Part shown: positions 17,423-26,446 of the stretch, piece by piece | How positions within the stretch are numbered: position 1 is the stretch's first letter | Layout of the letters: each line of letters starts with the position of its first letter | From: Deltaproteobacteria bacterium | GTDB lineage: Bacteria > Desulfobacterota > Binatia > UBA12015 | Assembly: GCA_046583355.1 (NCBI GenBank) | Contig: JAYGCM010000052.1 | Span: forward strand, 1-47,767 | DNA length: 47,767 nt | Direction: 5' to 3' | Translations under genes and position numbers: made by a program | The notes under the pieces: model-generated | Seen by the model: the letters and a program-made list of their open reading frames with translations, nothing else | Databases searched by the model: none | What the model was told of the DNA's origin: nothing

Positions 17423-18996
17423 GTGCCCCCTCCCTACCGGCCGGGCGCTCAACGACCCGACGCACGACAAAACCCATCCCACGCATGCCGCCGTGGGTTA
17501 TCGGGTTGCTGGTCATCTACGCCATCGTCTTGGCCGTAGCTGCGTTCAGTGACGACACGGCCACGCTCGCCGGCGCTGGCATCGGCCTGGCGCTGGTCGG
17601 CGGAGCGACGGTATTCTACCGACCCAATATCGGCGTGCTCATCATCATGTCGACGATGCTGGTCTCCTACCCGGATGCCCTCAAAGGCTCGCCGCCGCTG
17701 ACAATCAACAACTTTCTCGGAGCCTCGTTAGCCACCATCCTGATCTGGAACCTCTACCAGACCCGCGATTATTGGTTTCTGCGCGAGCGCGAAATCCGCC
17801 TGCTGCTGATGATCGCAGCCTGGTTCATTGCGATCTCTTTTCTCAGCGAGCTCTACCTGCCAGAGAAGCGGCTCCTTCCCTCAGTCGAGGTGAAGGGCTC
17901 GATGGGCCGCTTCTACGGTCTGACCGACGATAGTGGCCGCTGGATGTTCGAGTTGCTCTCGCGCGTCGCCTTCGTGATTTTCTTCATCCATTGGATCAAG
18001 ACTGCGGCACAATTGCGCACCGTCCTGTTCGTGCTCGCTGCCTGCATCGCCATCGCCTTGCCAACCCTGGGTGGTGAGATCGTATCCGGCGCCGCCGATT
18101 ATCGAATCTCCTCCAAAACCGTGGGCTGGGCCGTCAACCTGAATCGCTTCGCCTTCATGATGAACGTAGGCATTGCGCTTTTCGTTTATCTGGGCATGAC
18201 AGCGAAATCGGGGCTGGGGAAGTTGGGCTTCTTCCTACTCGCCATGGGCAGTGTTCCACTGGTATTGCTCTCGGCCTCGCGAAGCGGCTTCCTGGGCCTC
18301 GGGCTGGTCGGCCTGCTGATGCTTCGAGGCCCGCAGATCGCCCGTCGATGGAAAATCGGCACCGGTTTTTTTACTCTCGCCTTCCTCGTTCTCGCGTTCA
18401 ATTTCGTCCTGACGGAGCAACATCGCGAACGCCTGCTCAACCTCAACCCCTTTGCGCCGGCGGCCTCCACCGACGGCAGTGCCACCGCCGAAGGAAGTCG
18501 CTCCACCCAGGTCCGGACGACGACACTCGCCGAGGCGGCGACCATCATCAAGACCTACCCCCTGACAGGTGTGGGACTCGCCAATTTCCGCTGGGTCAAC
18601 GCAATCATGCACGGCTCCTACAAGCCGCCGCATAATTCCTATGTCTGGTCGATGGCCGAGGGAGGGATCTTCGGCACCATCCTCTACCTCATGCTCTTCG
18701 CCGCGCTCTATAATCGCATCCAGCTGCTCCGGCCGAAATACCATCGCCACGCCTCGCTGCCCTACCTTCCCGATTTCCTGCACATCTACCTGATCTTGTT
18801 GCTCTTTTTCTCGATCTTCGCCGATGTTTGGCTGGAAGTGCATCTCTACTTCATCGTCGCCTTCGCCGTCGTCCTCACCCGCTGGGCCGAAGAAGAGGAC
18901 CTGCGCGGGCGTGGCCTACCGGGAGCCCAGGCCGGCACACCCGGCGCGCGGCGGGCCGCCTCGCGCGCCCTCTACCGTCCACAACCCGGCGTATGA
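17419..18996 (+). CDS. O-antigen ligase/polymerase family membrane protein (Wzy-like)
   Basis: About 12 hydrophobic segments, VNLNRFA, LLSASRSG, YPLTGVGLANF, PHNSYVWSMAEGG (Wzy_C signature). Confidence 0.85.
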   Translation: MSAPSLPAGRSTTRRTTKPIPRMPPWVIGLLVIYAIVLAVAAFSDDTATLAGAGIGLALVGGATVFYRPNIGVLIIMSTMLVSYPDALKGSPPLTINNFLGASLATILIWNLYQTRDYWFLREREIRLLLMIAAWFIAISFLSELYLPEKRLLPSVEVKGSMGRFYGLTDDSGRWMFELLSRVAFVIFFIHWIKTAAQLRTVLFVLAACIAIALPTLGGEIVSGAADYRISSKTVGWAVNLNRFAFMMNVGIALFVYLGMTAKSGLGKLGFFLLAMGSVPLVLLSASRSGFLGLGLVGLLMLRGPQIARRWKIGTGFFTLAFLVLAFNFVLTEQHRERLLNLNPFAPAASTDGSATAEGSRSTQVRTTTLAEAATIIKTYPLTGVGLANFRWVNAIMHGSYKPPHNSYVWSMAEGGIFGTILYLMLFAALYNRIQLLRPKYHRHASLPYLPDFLHIYLILLLFFSIFADVWLEVHLYFIVAFAVVLTRWAEEEDLRGRGLPGAQAGTPGARRAASRALYRPQPGV

Positions 18997-20183
18997 TCCG
19001 CATCGCCTATATCGTGGACCACCTGCAAATAGGCGGCGCCCAACGCCACCTATTGCGCGTAGTCGATGGTCTCGACAAGCAAGTCTATGCCCCGGAAATC
19101 TGGACGGCCGCAGCGGATGCCGGTGAATTGGCCCCCGTATTTGAGGCCCACGGCGTCCAGGTGCGCTCCTTCGGCATCCGCCGCAGCCTGATGCGACCCG
19201 CCACCTGGGGCCGTATCTGCAAGGTCGCGCGTGAGTTTCGCGCCCGCGATATCCAGATTGTGCACGGCTACCTTTTTGAGGGCAATTTCCTGGCCGCGCT
19301 CACCGGACTCCTGGCCCGAACGCCCGTCCGCTTCGTCGCGAAACGATCGCTGGATCGCTACACGCGGCGCGACCGACGCCTGGCGGCCGCGCTCTCCAAC
19401 CGCCTCGCCGACCGCGTCCTGGTCAACGCCGAATCCGTACTCGAATTAGTGGCCGAGCACGAATGGTGCCCGCGCGAACGCTTATTATGCATCCCCAACG
19501 GTGTGGAACTCCCCGCAAGCACAATGCGTCCGCCGTTCGATCCCGAGCACCCGCGGATCGGCATGGTCGGACGCCTGGGTTGGAAGAAGGGCTACGGATA
19601 CGCCCTTGAAGCCTTCGCCCTGCTGCGCCAAAGGATCCCCGGCCTGCGCGTCGAGATTGTCGGCGACGGCAACCTGCGCGACGAATTGGCCGAGCGCCGT
19701 GACGCGCTGGGCCTGAAAGATTGCGTCTCCTTCCTGGGCCGCCGCGACGATGTCCCCCGCCTTTTGCCAGAATGGGACATCTACCTCCTCTCGTCGATCA
19801 TCGAGGGGATGCCCAACGCGCTGCTGGAGGCCATGGCCGCCGGCATGCCGGTGGTCACAACCGATGCCGGCGGCTGCGCGGAAATCGTCGAAGACGGCGT
19901 GTCCGGGTTATTGGTGGCGAAGGCCGACGCGACGGTTTTGGCCGACGCCCTCGAGCGAATCTGCCGCGACCCGGCGCTGGCCGCCCGCCTCGCCACGGCC
20001 GGTGCGATACGGGTACGCAAGTACTATAGTCTTGAGGCGATGATCTCCGCCATGGACAACGCCTACCGCGACGCCCTGAGCCGTGCCGGATTCAAGATTC
20101 CGGCTCGAAAAACCGAGGATAATCCTGATACCCCCGCGGCTGGCCGGCCCTCCCTCGAGGCCGTCTCCGGGGAAGAAATCTAA
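18993..20183 (+). CDS. Glycosyltransferase family 4
   Basis: IGGAQR, IPNGV, VGRLGWKKG, FLGRRDDV, EGMPNALLEAMAAGMPVV. ATGA overlap at 18993-18996. Confidence 0.93.
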   Translation: MIRIAYIVDHLQIGGAQRHLLRVVDGLDKQVYAPEIWTAAADAGELAPVFEAHGVQVRSFGIRRSLMRPATWGRICKVAREFRARDIQIVHGYLFEGNFLAALTGLLARTPVRFVAKRSLDRYTRRDRRLAAALSNRLADRVLVNAESVLELVAEHEWCPRERLLCIPNGVELPASTMRPPFDPEHPRIGMVGRLGWKKGYGYALEAFALLRQRIPGLRVEIVGDGNLRDELAERRDALGLKDCVSFLGRRDDVPRLLPEWDIYLLSSIIEGMPNALLEAMAAGMPVVTTDAGGCAEIVEDGVSGLLVAKADATVLADALERICRDPALAARLATAGAIRVRKYYSLEAMISAMDNAYRDALSRAGFKIPARKTEDNPDTPAAGRPSLEAVSGEEI

Positions 20184-20187
20184 GCTC

Positions 20188-21408
20188 ATGCTTGGCTCTT
20201 TACTCTTTTGGCTCGCGGCAGCGGCCCTCGTCTATCAAGTGATCGGCTACCCGCTCGCCTTGATGGCGCTCGCCCGCGTGCGGCGGCGCGCCTGCCGCCC
20301 GCGTGCAAGCGACGATGCCCTGCCCAGCGCTACGCTCATCATCTCGGCCTACAACGAGGAAGACGTCCTCGCGAAAAAGCTCGACAATGCATTGGCGCTC
20401 GAATATCCGGCCGGACGCCTCGAGATCGTCGTGGTCGACGATGGCTCGCGCGATGGTACTGCCGCAATCGCACGCGCCTACGCCGAGCGCGGTATCGTGC
20501 TGCATTCCTACGAACAGAACCGCGGCAAGAACCTCGCGCTGAACGACTCGATGCCGCGCGTGCGCGGCGAGGTCATCATCTTCACCGACGCCAACGGCAT
20601 GTACGAACCCGATGCGCTGCGCGAATTGCTGCGTCCCTTTGCCGACCCCGCAGTCGGCTCGGCCTGCGGCGAGTTGGTCTACCGCAACTTCAACGACAAC
20701 CCGATCGCGGAGGGCTACAACCGCTATTGGGAGCTCGACCAGATGCAGAAGAGGCTCGAGGGCTCGCTGGACAGCCTCCTCGGCGCCAATGGTTCGATCT
20801 TCGCCGTCCGCAAGGCACTCTGTCGCTCCATTCCGAACGATGTCTGCAACGATATGGTGCAGCCGATCTGGGTCGCGGCCGCAGGCCATGCCTGCGTCTA
20901 TGAGGGCAAGGCTCTCTCGATCGAAGCCGGCTCAAGCGATACCGACGACGAACTCAAGCGTCGGTCGCGCATCATCGGTCGCGGCATCCGCGGCATCCAA
21001 GCCGTATGGCCCGATATCGTCCGCCAGCGCGCCTGGTTGATCGGCTGGGAGCTACTCTCGCGCAAGGGCCTGCGCTACCTCACTCCGTTTATCTTCGCGA
21101 TGCTCTTTGCCGGTGCCTGGCTGGCCGAAGGATGGTTTTACTCCTTGGCTTTCTGGGGCCAGGTCGCCATCTATCTGGCCGCGCCGATCGGCTTTCGGCT
21201 GCCCGACGGACCGCTCAAGAAGGCGATCTCCCCGGCGGTTTATTTCGCCATCGGCAATCTCGCCGCGCTACAAGGATGGGCCAAGGTGCTGCAGGGTTCC
21301 GAGCTGGGCAAATGGCAGACGGCCGAGCGCCCCTTTGAGGCCAGCGAGGGCACCGCAAGCGAGAACGAGACACTCCGTGCCCCATCGCAAAGCGGAGGCG
21401 AGCCATGA
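20188..21408 (+). CDS. Glycosyltransferase family 2 (CESA-like, membrane-anchored)
   Basis: N-terminal TM with IGYP, ISAYNEE, VVDDGSRDGT, GKNLALN, FTDAN, GANGSIFAVR, RRSRI. ATG 20188. Confidence 0.92.
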   Translation: MLGSLLFWLAAAALVYQVIGYPLALMALARVRRRACRPRASDDALPSATLIISAYNEEDVLAKKLDNALALEYPAGRLEIVVVDDGSRDGTAAIARAYAERGIVLHSYEQNRGKNLALNDSMPRVRGEVIIFTDANGMYEPDALRELLRPFADPAVGSACGELVYRNFNDNPIAEGYNRYWELDQMQKRLEGSLDSLLGANGSIFAVRKALCRSIPNDVCNDMVQPIWVAAAGHACVYEGKALSIEAGSSDTDDELKRRSRIIGRGIRGIQAVWPDIVRQRAWLIGWELLSRKGLRYLTPFIFAMLFAGAWLAEGWFYSLAFWGQVAIYLAAPIGFRLPDGPLKKAISPAVYFAIGNLAALQGWAKVLQGSELGKWQTAERPFEASEGTASENETLRAPSQSGGEP

Positions 21409-22316
21409 GCCAAACGATCGTCAACGGCTTTTCCGTCGATGTCGAGGACTGGTTTCAGGTCTCGGATTTCGAAGACAGCATTCCGCTGGCGAATTGGGAT
21501 CGCTACGAGAGCCGCGTGGTTGCCAATACCCGCCGCATCCTCGCCCTGCTGCGCGAGTTTGATGTGCGCGGCACGTTTTTCATCCTGACCTGGAATGCCG
21601 TGCGCCACCCCGAATTGGTCGCCGAGATCGCCGCCGACGGCCACGAGATCGCGACCCACGGCCATACCCATCGACTGGTCTACGAGCAGGGGCGCGACCT
21701 CTACAAAGAGGACCTCGAGCGCTCCTTGGAGATCCTCCGCGCCGTCCCCGGCGTCGAGGTCCTCGGCTACCGCGCGCCCTCGTTCTCCATCACGGCGAAA
21801 TCCATGTGGGCGCTTGACATAATGCTCGAAGCAGGTCTGCGCTACGACTCCAGCGTCTTTCCGGTTCAAGATGCCCTCTACGGCATCCCGGGCGCGAAAC
21901 GCTTCCCCTTCCTCGTCCACGAACGCGACGGCAGGCAGCTCGCCGAGTTCCCGATGACGACGACCCGGCTCGGCCAGCGCAACCTGCCGCTCGGCGGCGG
22001 CGCCTACCTGCGCCTTCTCCCCTACCGTTATATGCAATGGGGGATGCGCCGGGTGAATGACGAAGGCCAGCCCGCCGTCGTCTATCTGCACCCCTGGGAG
22101 ATCGGCCCCGACCATCCACGCCTGCCGATCCGCGGAAAACGTGGCTTCTCCACGCATTATTGGCGGTTGGACGCTATGGAAGACAAGCTCCGGCGTCTGC
22201 TAGGTGATTTCTCCTTTGCGCCCATTCGCGAGGTTCTCGAAAGCGCCGGTTTTCTCGGCGAAACCGGCGAAATACCCTTGCCTGCCGCGCCCGATCAGAA
22301 GATCATGAACGGCTGA
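21405..22316 (+). CDS. Polysaccharide deacetylase, DUF3473 / XrtA(PEP-CTERM)-locus type
   Basis: NGFSVDVEDWFQV, GHEIATHGHTH, GYRAPSFSI, YDSSVFP, PLGGGAYLRLLP, YLHPWEI. Confidence 0.9.
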   Translation: MSQTIVNGFSVDVEDWFQVSDFEDSIPLANWDRYESRVVANTRRILALLREFDVRGTFFILTWNAVRHPELVAEIAADGHEIATHGHTHRLVYEQGRDLYKEDLERSLEILRAVPGVEVLGYRAPSFSITAKSMWALDIMLEAGLRYDSSVFPVQDALYGIPGAKRFPFLVHERDGRQLAEFPMTTTRLGQRNLPLGGGAYLRLLPYRYMQWGMRRVNDEGQPAVVYLHPWEIGPDHPRLPIRGKRGFSTHYWRLDAMEDKLRRLLGDFSFAPIREVLESAGFLGETGEIPLPAAPDQKIMNG

Positions 22317-22329
22317 AACGATAGACGAA

Positions 22330-23130
22330 ATGCCACTCAAGACCCTCATCATCACGCAGGAAGATTGCCTCTACCTGCCGCAATTCCTCCAGACCGTTCT
22401 GCGCGAGCGGGGGCGAAACGTCGTTGGTATCACCATCTTGCCGACTCTCATGCCCAAACAGACCTGGTTCTCGACGGCGCGCGAGCACCTGGAGGTCTAC
22501 GGCTTCACGCAATTCCTCAAACAATCGATCCGCTACGTCGGGCGCAAAGCGCTCGGCATCGCATCCGAACGAGTGCCGCTGCCGGGTTATTTCTCGGTCG
22601 CCGCGGTAGCCAAACAGCACCAGATCCCCGAGCTTCCCACGCAGAGCGTCAACGCGCCGGAGTACCATGAGGAGCTGCGCCGCCGCGGCATCGACCTGAT
22701 CATTTCGATCAATGCGAGTCAGGTCTTCAAAAGCGAGATCCTCGCGCTGCCGCGCCTCGGCTGCATCAACGTGCACGGCGCCCTCCTGCCGCGCTACCGC
22801 GGCCGTCTGCCCAGCTTCTGGGTTCTCGCCAACGGCGAAAAAGAAACCGGCGCGACCGTTCATTTCATGAACAAGAACCTCGATGACGGCCCGATCCTGC
22901 TCCAGGAGCGGGTCGAGATCCGCCCCGAAGATACCCAGGACAGCCTGATCCGGCGCACCAAGGCGCTCGGCGCCCGCCTCGTCATCGAGGCGATCGACCG
23001 GCTCGAAGCTGGCAACGACGCAAACCCTGTGGCTACGCTTCCGAACAAAAAAGAAGACGCCACGTATTATTCTTTTCCCACACGGGAAGACGGCATTCGC
23101 CTACGCCAACAAGGCCGTCGTCTCCTCTAG
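22330..23130 (+). CDS. Formyltransferase family protein (putative sugar N-formyltransferase)
   Basis: GCINVHGALLPRYRG, GATVHFM, LDDGPI (N10-formyl-THF catalytic N-H-D). Lacks the C-terminal tRNA-binding domain of Fmt. Confidence 0.85.
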   Translation: MPLKTLIITQEDCLYLPQFLQTVLRERGRNVVGITILPTLMPKQTWFSTAREHLEVYGFTQFLKQSIRYVGRKALGIASERVPLPGYFSVAAVAKQHQIPELPTQSVNAPEYHEELRRRGIDLIISINASQVFKSEILALPRLGCINVHGALLPRYRGRLPSFWVLANGEKETGATVHFMNKNLDDGPILLQERVEIRPEDTQDSLIRRTKALGARLVIEAIDRLEAGNDANPVATLPNKKEDATYYSFPTREDGIRLRQQGRRLL

Positions 23131-23154
23131 CCTTACTCTCTCCGAAAGCATTCC

Positions 23155-24354
23155 ATGACAAATAATCAGAATACAATCGCCGATGACCTCAAAGGCTGGT
23201 TGCGCGACCGCGGCCTGACCAAGAGCAACCTGCAGGCTTATAAATACTGGCTCCCCTATACCGTAGCCGGCGGCAAGGCATGGACACCGCAGTCCATGAC
23301 CTTCGAGCTTACGCTACGCTGCAACCTCTCCTGCCAGATGTGCCCGCTCGATATCCCGCGCATGATGCACGACAAAACGAACTCGGAGTTCGTCAAAGAA
23401 CGCCAACGTGCCGAGGTCACCACCGAGGAAATCAAGCGCACGATCGACGATATCGTCAAGATGGGCGTCAAGGATATGACCATCACGGGCGGGGAGGTCT
23501 TCCTGCGCAAGGATGCCTTCGAGATCATCGAATATATCTGCAAGACCCCGATTCACCTCTGCGTGAATACCAACGGCTGGTTCCTGCGCCCAGCCGAAGC
23601 CGAACGTCTGGTCGCCCTGGGCCCCCATTCGTTGTCGATCTCGATCGATGGCCCCGACGATCTGCACGATGAAATCCGTCGCGGCAAGGGCAGCTTCCGC
23701 CGCCTCCTCGAAGGGATCCGCAATATCCAGGAAGCCAAGAAGAAACTCGGCGTGCGTCGGCCCAAGATCGGCATCACGGTCACCGTTTCTGCGCTGAACC
23801 AGCACCGCTACAGCGAGGTTCTGGATTGGCTGAAGGATACCGGCGTCGACACGGTCGATTTCGATTACCTCTTCTACACCACGCCCGAGCACGACAAGGA
23901 GACGCGGGAGCTCATGCCGCTACCGGCGCATGAGAAAGAGGAAAACCAGGACCTGCCGATGTACCTGCGCCAGGTCAACGGAGACACGCTCTTCGAGGAA
24001 TCCCAGAAGGCCATCCGCAAGGGTGAGGAATACGGAATCCCGGTGGGCTTCGGCCCGCCGCTGAAGACGCCAGAGGAAATGGAGCGCCGTTTCCTCGACG
24101 ACGAATACGCCTTCGGCGAAAAATGCTTCTACCCGTGGAAGACCTTCCGCATCAATCCCTATGGGGATGTTTATTCCTGCTCACTCGATATCGCCTTCGG
24201 CAATATCCGAGACAAGAGCGTAATCGAGATCTGGAATAACGATGCCTACCAGACCTTCCGCAAGGCCCTGAAAGAGCGCGGCTTGTTTCCGAGTTGCGCA
24301 AAATGTTGCGCTCTGAACAACGAATTCTGGCACCACCTGCCGACCTTCGGCTAA
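23155..24354 (+). CDS. Radical SAM protein with C-terminal twitch/SPASM-type auxiliary Fe-S domain
   Basis: CNLSCQMC (CX3CX2C), TGGEVFLR, TNG, SIDG. C-terminal CFYPW...INPYGDVYSC...GNI...IWN...CAKCC. Confidence 0.92.
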   Translation: MTNNQNTIADDLKGWLRDRGLTKSNLQAYKYWLPYTVAGGKAWTPQSMTFELTLRCNLSCQMCPLDIPRMMHDKTNSEFVKERQRAEVTTEEIKRTIDDIVKMGVKDMTITGGEVFLRKDAFEIIEYICKTPIHLCVNTNGWFLRPAEAERLVALGPHSLSISIDGPDDLHDEIRRGKGSFRRLLEGIRNIQEAKKKLGVRRPKIGITVTVSALNQHRYSEVLDWLKDTGVDTVDFDYLFYTTPEHDKETRELMPLPAHEKEENQDLPMYLRQVNGDTLFEESQKAIRKGEEYGIPVGFGPPLKTPEEMERRFLDDEYAFGEKCFYPWKTFRINPYGDVYSCSLDIAFGNIRDKSVIEIWNNDAYQTFRKALKERGLFPSCAKCCALNNEFWHHLPTFG

Positions 24355-24367
24355 GAGAAGATCGAGC

Positions 24368-25450
24368 ATGAGCAAGAGTGCCCATCGTGTCGGCCTAGTC
24401 GGGGCCGGACGCATTGCTGCGGTCCATAGCGGCTTCATCCGGGGTATCTCGGGTGCCGAGGTCGTCGCCGTTTGTGATGCCGACACCGCGCTCGCCGAGA
24501 GCTTCGCGGGCGAGCGCAATATCCCGAACCATTATAGTTCACTCGACGAGATGATGGTCCGCGAGGAGCCCAATATCGTCCACGTCTGCACGCCTCCGGC
24601 GACGCATGCCAATATCGCCATCTCCGCCATGGAACAGGGCGCGAATGTCTTCGTCGAGAAGCCGATGGCCATGAGCGTCGAAGATTGCGACCGCATGATC
24701 GACGCAGCCGAGCGCTATGGCCGACGAATCTGCGTCGACCATAATCGCCTACTCGACCCCGTCATGCAGAAAGTACGCGCACTCGTGGCAAACGGCGCCC
24801 TGGGCGAGATCGTCTCGGTCGAAGCCCATCAGGGAGTCAATCCTCCGGAGAAAGACGCCGACGGCCATTGGAGTGTCGCGGATGCCTTCGCGCCGCTCTA
24901 CAACCTCGGCCCCCACCCGCTCTACCTGGTCGAGGCCTTCGCTGGCCCGGCACGCGAGATCATCGTGCAAGGCGTGCGCATTCCCAGCAACGGCGTATTG
25001 CGCGAAATCCGCATCCTCCTGCCGGGCGAGAATTGCGATGCGTTCGTCTCGTTCTCGATGGGCGCCCAACCTTATCTGAACCACCTCGATGTCTACGGCA
25101 CCAAGGCCACCGCGCGGGTGAATCTCAACACCATGACCGTGGTCGTTGACCGCGAGCGCAAGCTACCCAAGATGGTCGCCAAACTGCTCGCGAACCTGGA
25201 ACCGGCAGCACAAATGGTGCAGGCGACCGTGTCCAATACCCTCGCCGTCGCGCTGCGACGAATGAAGACCTACCCCGGCATCGGCAATACGATCCGTGCC
25301 TACTACCGCAGCCTCGATGAGGGGGCTATGCCGCCCAACGACGGGGCCTCGGGACGCGAGAACGTCCGCGTCTTGCGCGCGATCGAAGATGCGCTGCGCG
25401 ACGACGGTGCCATCCAATCTCGCAAAGGAGAATCAAAATGGACCTCCTGA
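24368..25450 (+). CDS. Gfo/Idh/MocA-family NAD(P)-dependent oxidoreductase
   Basis: GLVGAGRIA, CTPPATH, VEKPMA, GALGEI. Confidence 0.9.
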   Translation: MSKSAHRVGLVGAGRIAAVHSGFIRGISGAEVVAVCDADTALAESFAGERNIPNHYSSLDEMMVREEPNIVHVCTPPATHANIAISAMEQGANVFVEKPMAMSVEDCDRMIDAAERYGRRICVDHNRLLDPVMQKVRALVANGALGEIVSVEAHQGVNPPEKDADGHWSVADAFAPLYNLGPHPLYLVEAFAGPAREIIVQGVRIPSNGVLREIRILLPGENCDAFVSFSMGAQPYLNHLDVYGTKATARVNLNTMTVVVDRERKLPKMVAKLLANLEPAAQMVQATVSNTLAVALRRMKTYPGIGNTIRAYYRSLDEGAMPPNDGASGRENVRVLRAIEDALRDDGAIQSRKGESKWTS

Positions 25451-26415
25451 CCGGTGCTACCGGCTTTCTCGGCCGTCATCTGACCCGTCGTCTCGCCAAC
25501 GAGGGCCAGGAACTACGCGCTCTGGTCCGCGTCGGAACCGACCTGCGACGCATTCCGGCAGAAATCAAAGAAATCGTCTGGGGCTCGCTCGACGATGCCG
25601 CCGCGATCGCGCGGGCAACGCACGGGATCGACACGATCTACCACCTTGCCGCCCGCGTCAGCAGCGGCGGCTCGCGTGATGCCTTCGAGCGCGACAATGT
25701 CGTGGCAACCGAATCCCTGCTTGAGGCCGCCGAGGCCGCCGGAGTACGGCGCCTGGTCCATATCAGCTCGGCCGGCATCTACGGCTCGGAAAATGCCGGT
25801 GCCGAAATCACCGAAGAGACGCCTCTCGACCCACGTATCGAAGAACGCGGCGCCTATGCCTGGTCCAAGGCAGAGGCCGACCGCAAAGTCCGCGCCTTTG
25901 GCGAGAACTCGCGGCTCGAGACCATCGTGATCCGTCCCGGCCTGCTCTACGGCGCCGAGACGACACCCTTCGTTGCACGGCTCCATTTCCCCGTACCCAA
26001 AGCAGCCGGGCGCCGTGTCATCGTCGGCCGCAAGAATAACCTCCTGCCCTTCACCCACGTCGACAACGCATGCGATGCCATCGCGCTCGCTTCGCGTACC
26101 GGCAAGCGAGGCCAGGCCTATAATGTCGTGGATGGGCTGGTCACCCAGCAGGAATACCTCGACGCCCTCGACAGCGCGGGCGTCCGCCATATTCGGCCGA
26201 TCTACGTTTCGGCCCTGCTCTTTGCCCCGGTCGCCGCCGCCTGTGACCTGGCCAGCCGACTCCTCGGCCGCAGCCTTCCGCTCTCCCGCTACAAATTGCA
26301 ACGCGCCACAGAAAGCCTCCGCTACGATACCAAGGCAGCACACGAAGAGTTGGGTTGGCGACCTTCCCTCGATCTCAAACATGGCGTCGCCAGCTTCGAG
26401 GAACGCGCCGCCTGA
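25438..26415 (+). CDS. NAD-dependent epimerase/dehydratase (extended SDR)
   Basis: TGATGFLG, HLAA, HISSAGIYG, YAWSK (YxxxK), IRPGLLYG, HVDN. Confidence 0.9.
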   Translation: MDLLTGATGFLGRHLTRRLANEGQELRALVRVGTDLRRIPAEIKEIVWGSLDDAAAIARATHGIDTIYHLAARVSSGGSRDAFERDNVVATESLLEAAEAAGVRRLVHISSAGIYGSENAGAEITEETPLDPRIEERGAYAWSKAEADRKVRAFGENSRLETIVIRPGLLYGAETTPFVARLHFPVPKAAGRRVIVGRKNNLLPFTHVDNACDAIALASRTGKRGQAYNVVDGLVTQQEYLDALDSAGVRHIRPIYVSALLFAPVAAACDLASRLLGRSLPLSRYKLQRATESLRYDTKAAHEELGWRPSLDLKHGVASFEERAA

Positions 26416-26432
26416 TTCCCTTCCCCTTCCCG
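26411..26432 (+). repeat. Intergenic 22-nt pyrimidine-rich motif, copy 2
   Basis: CCTGATTCCCTTCCCCTTCCCG, which includes the SDR stop codon. Confidence 0.8.
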
Positions 26433-26446
26433 GACTCCGGTCCGAA

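Noticed and set aside
23155..24354. Radical SAM/SPASM plus AsnB as a RiPP (ranthipeptide or lasso) cluster
   Set aside because: No precursor peptide, RRE/PqqD, peptidase or transporter. AsnB has an intact glutaminase domain, and the context is entirely glycan-related.
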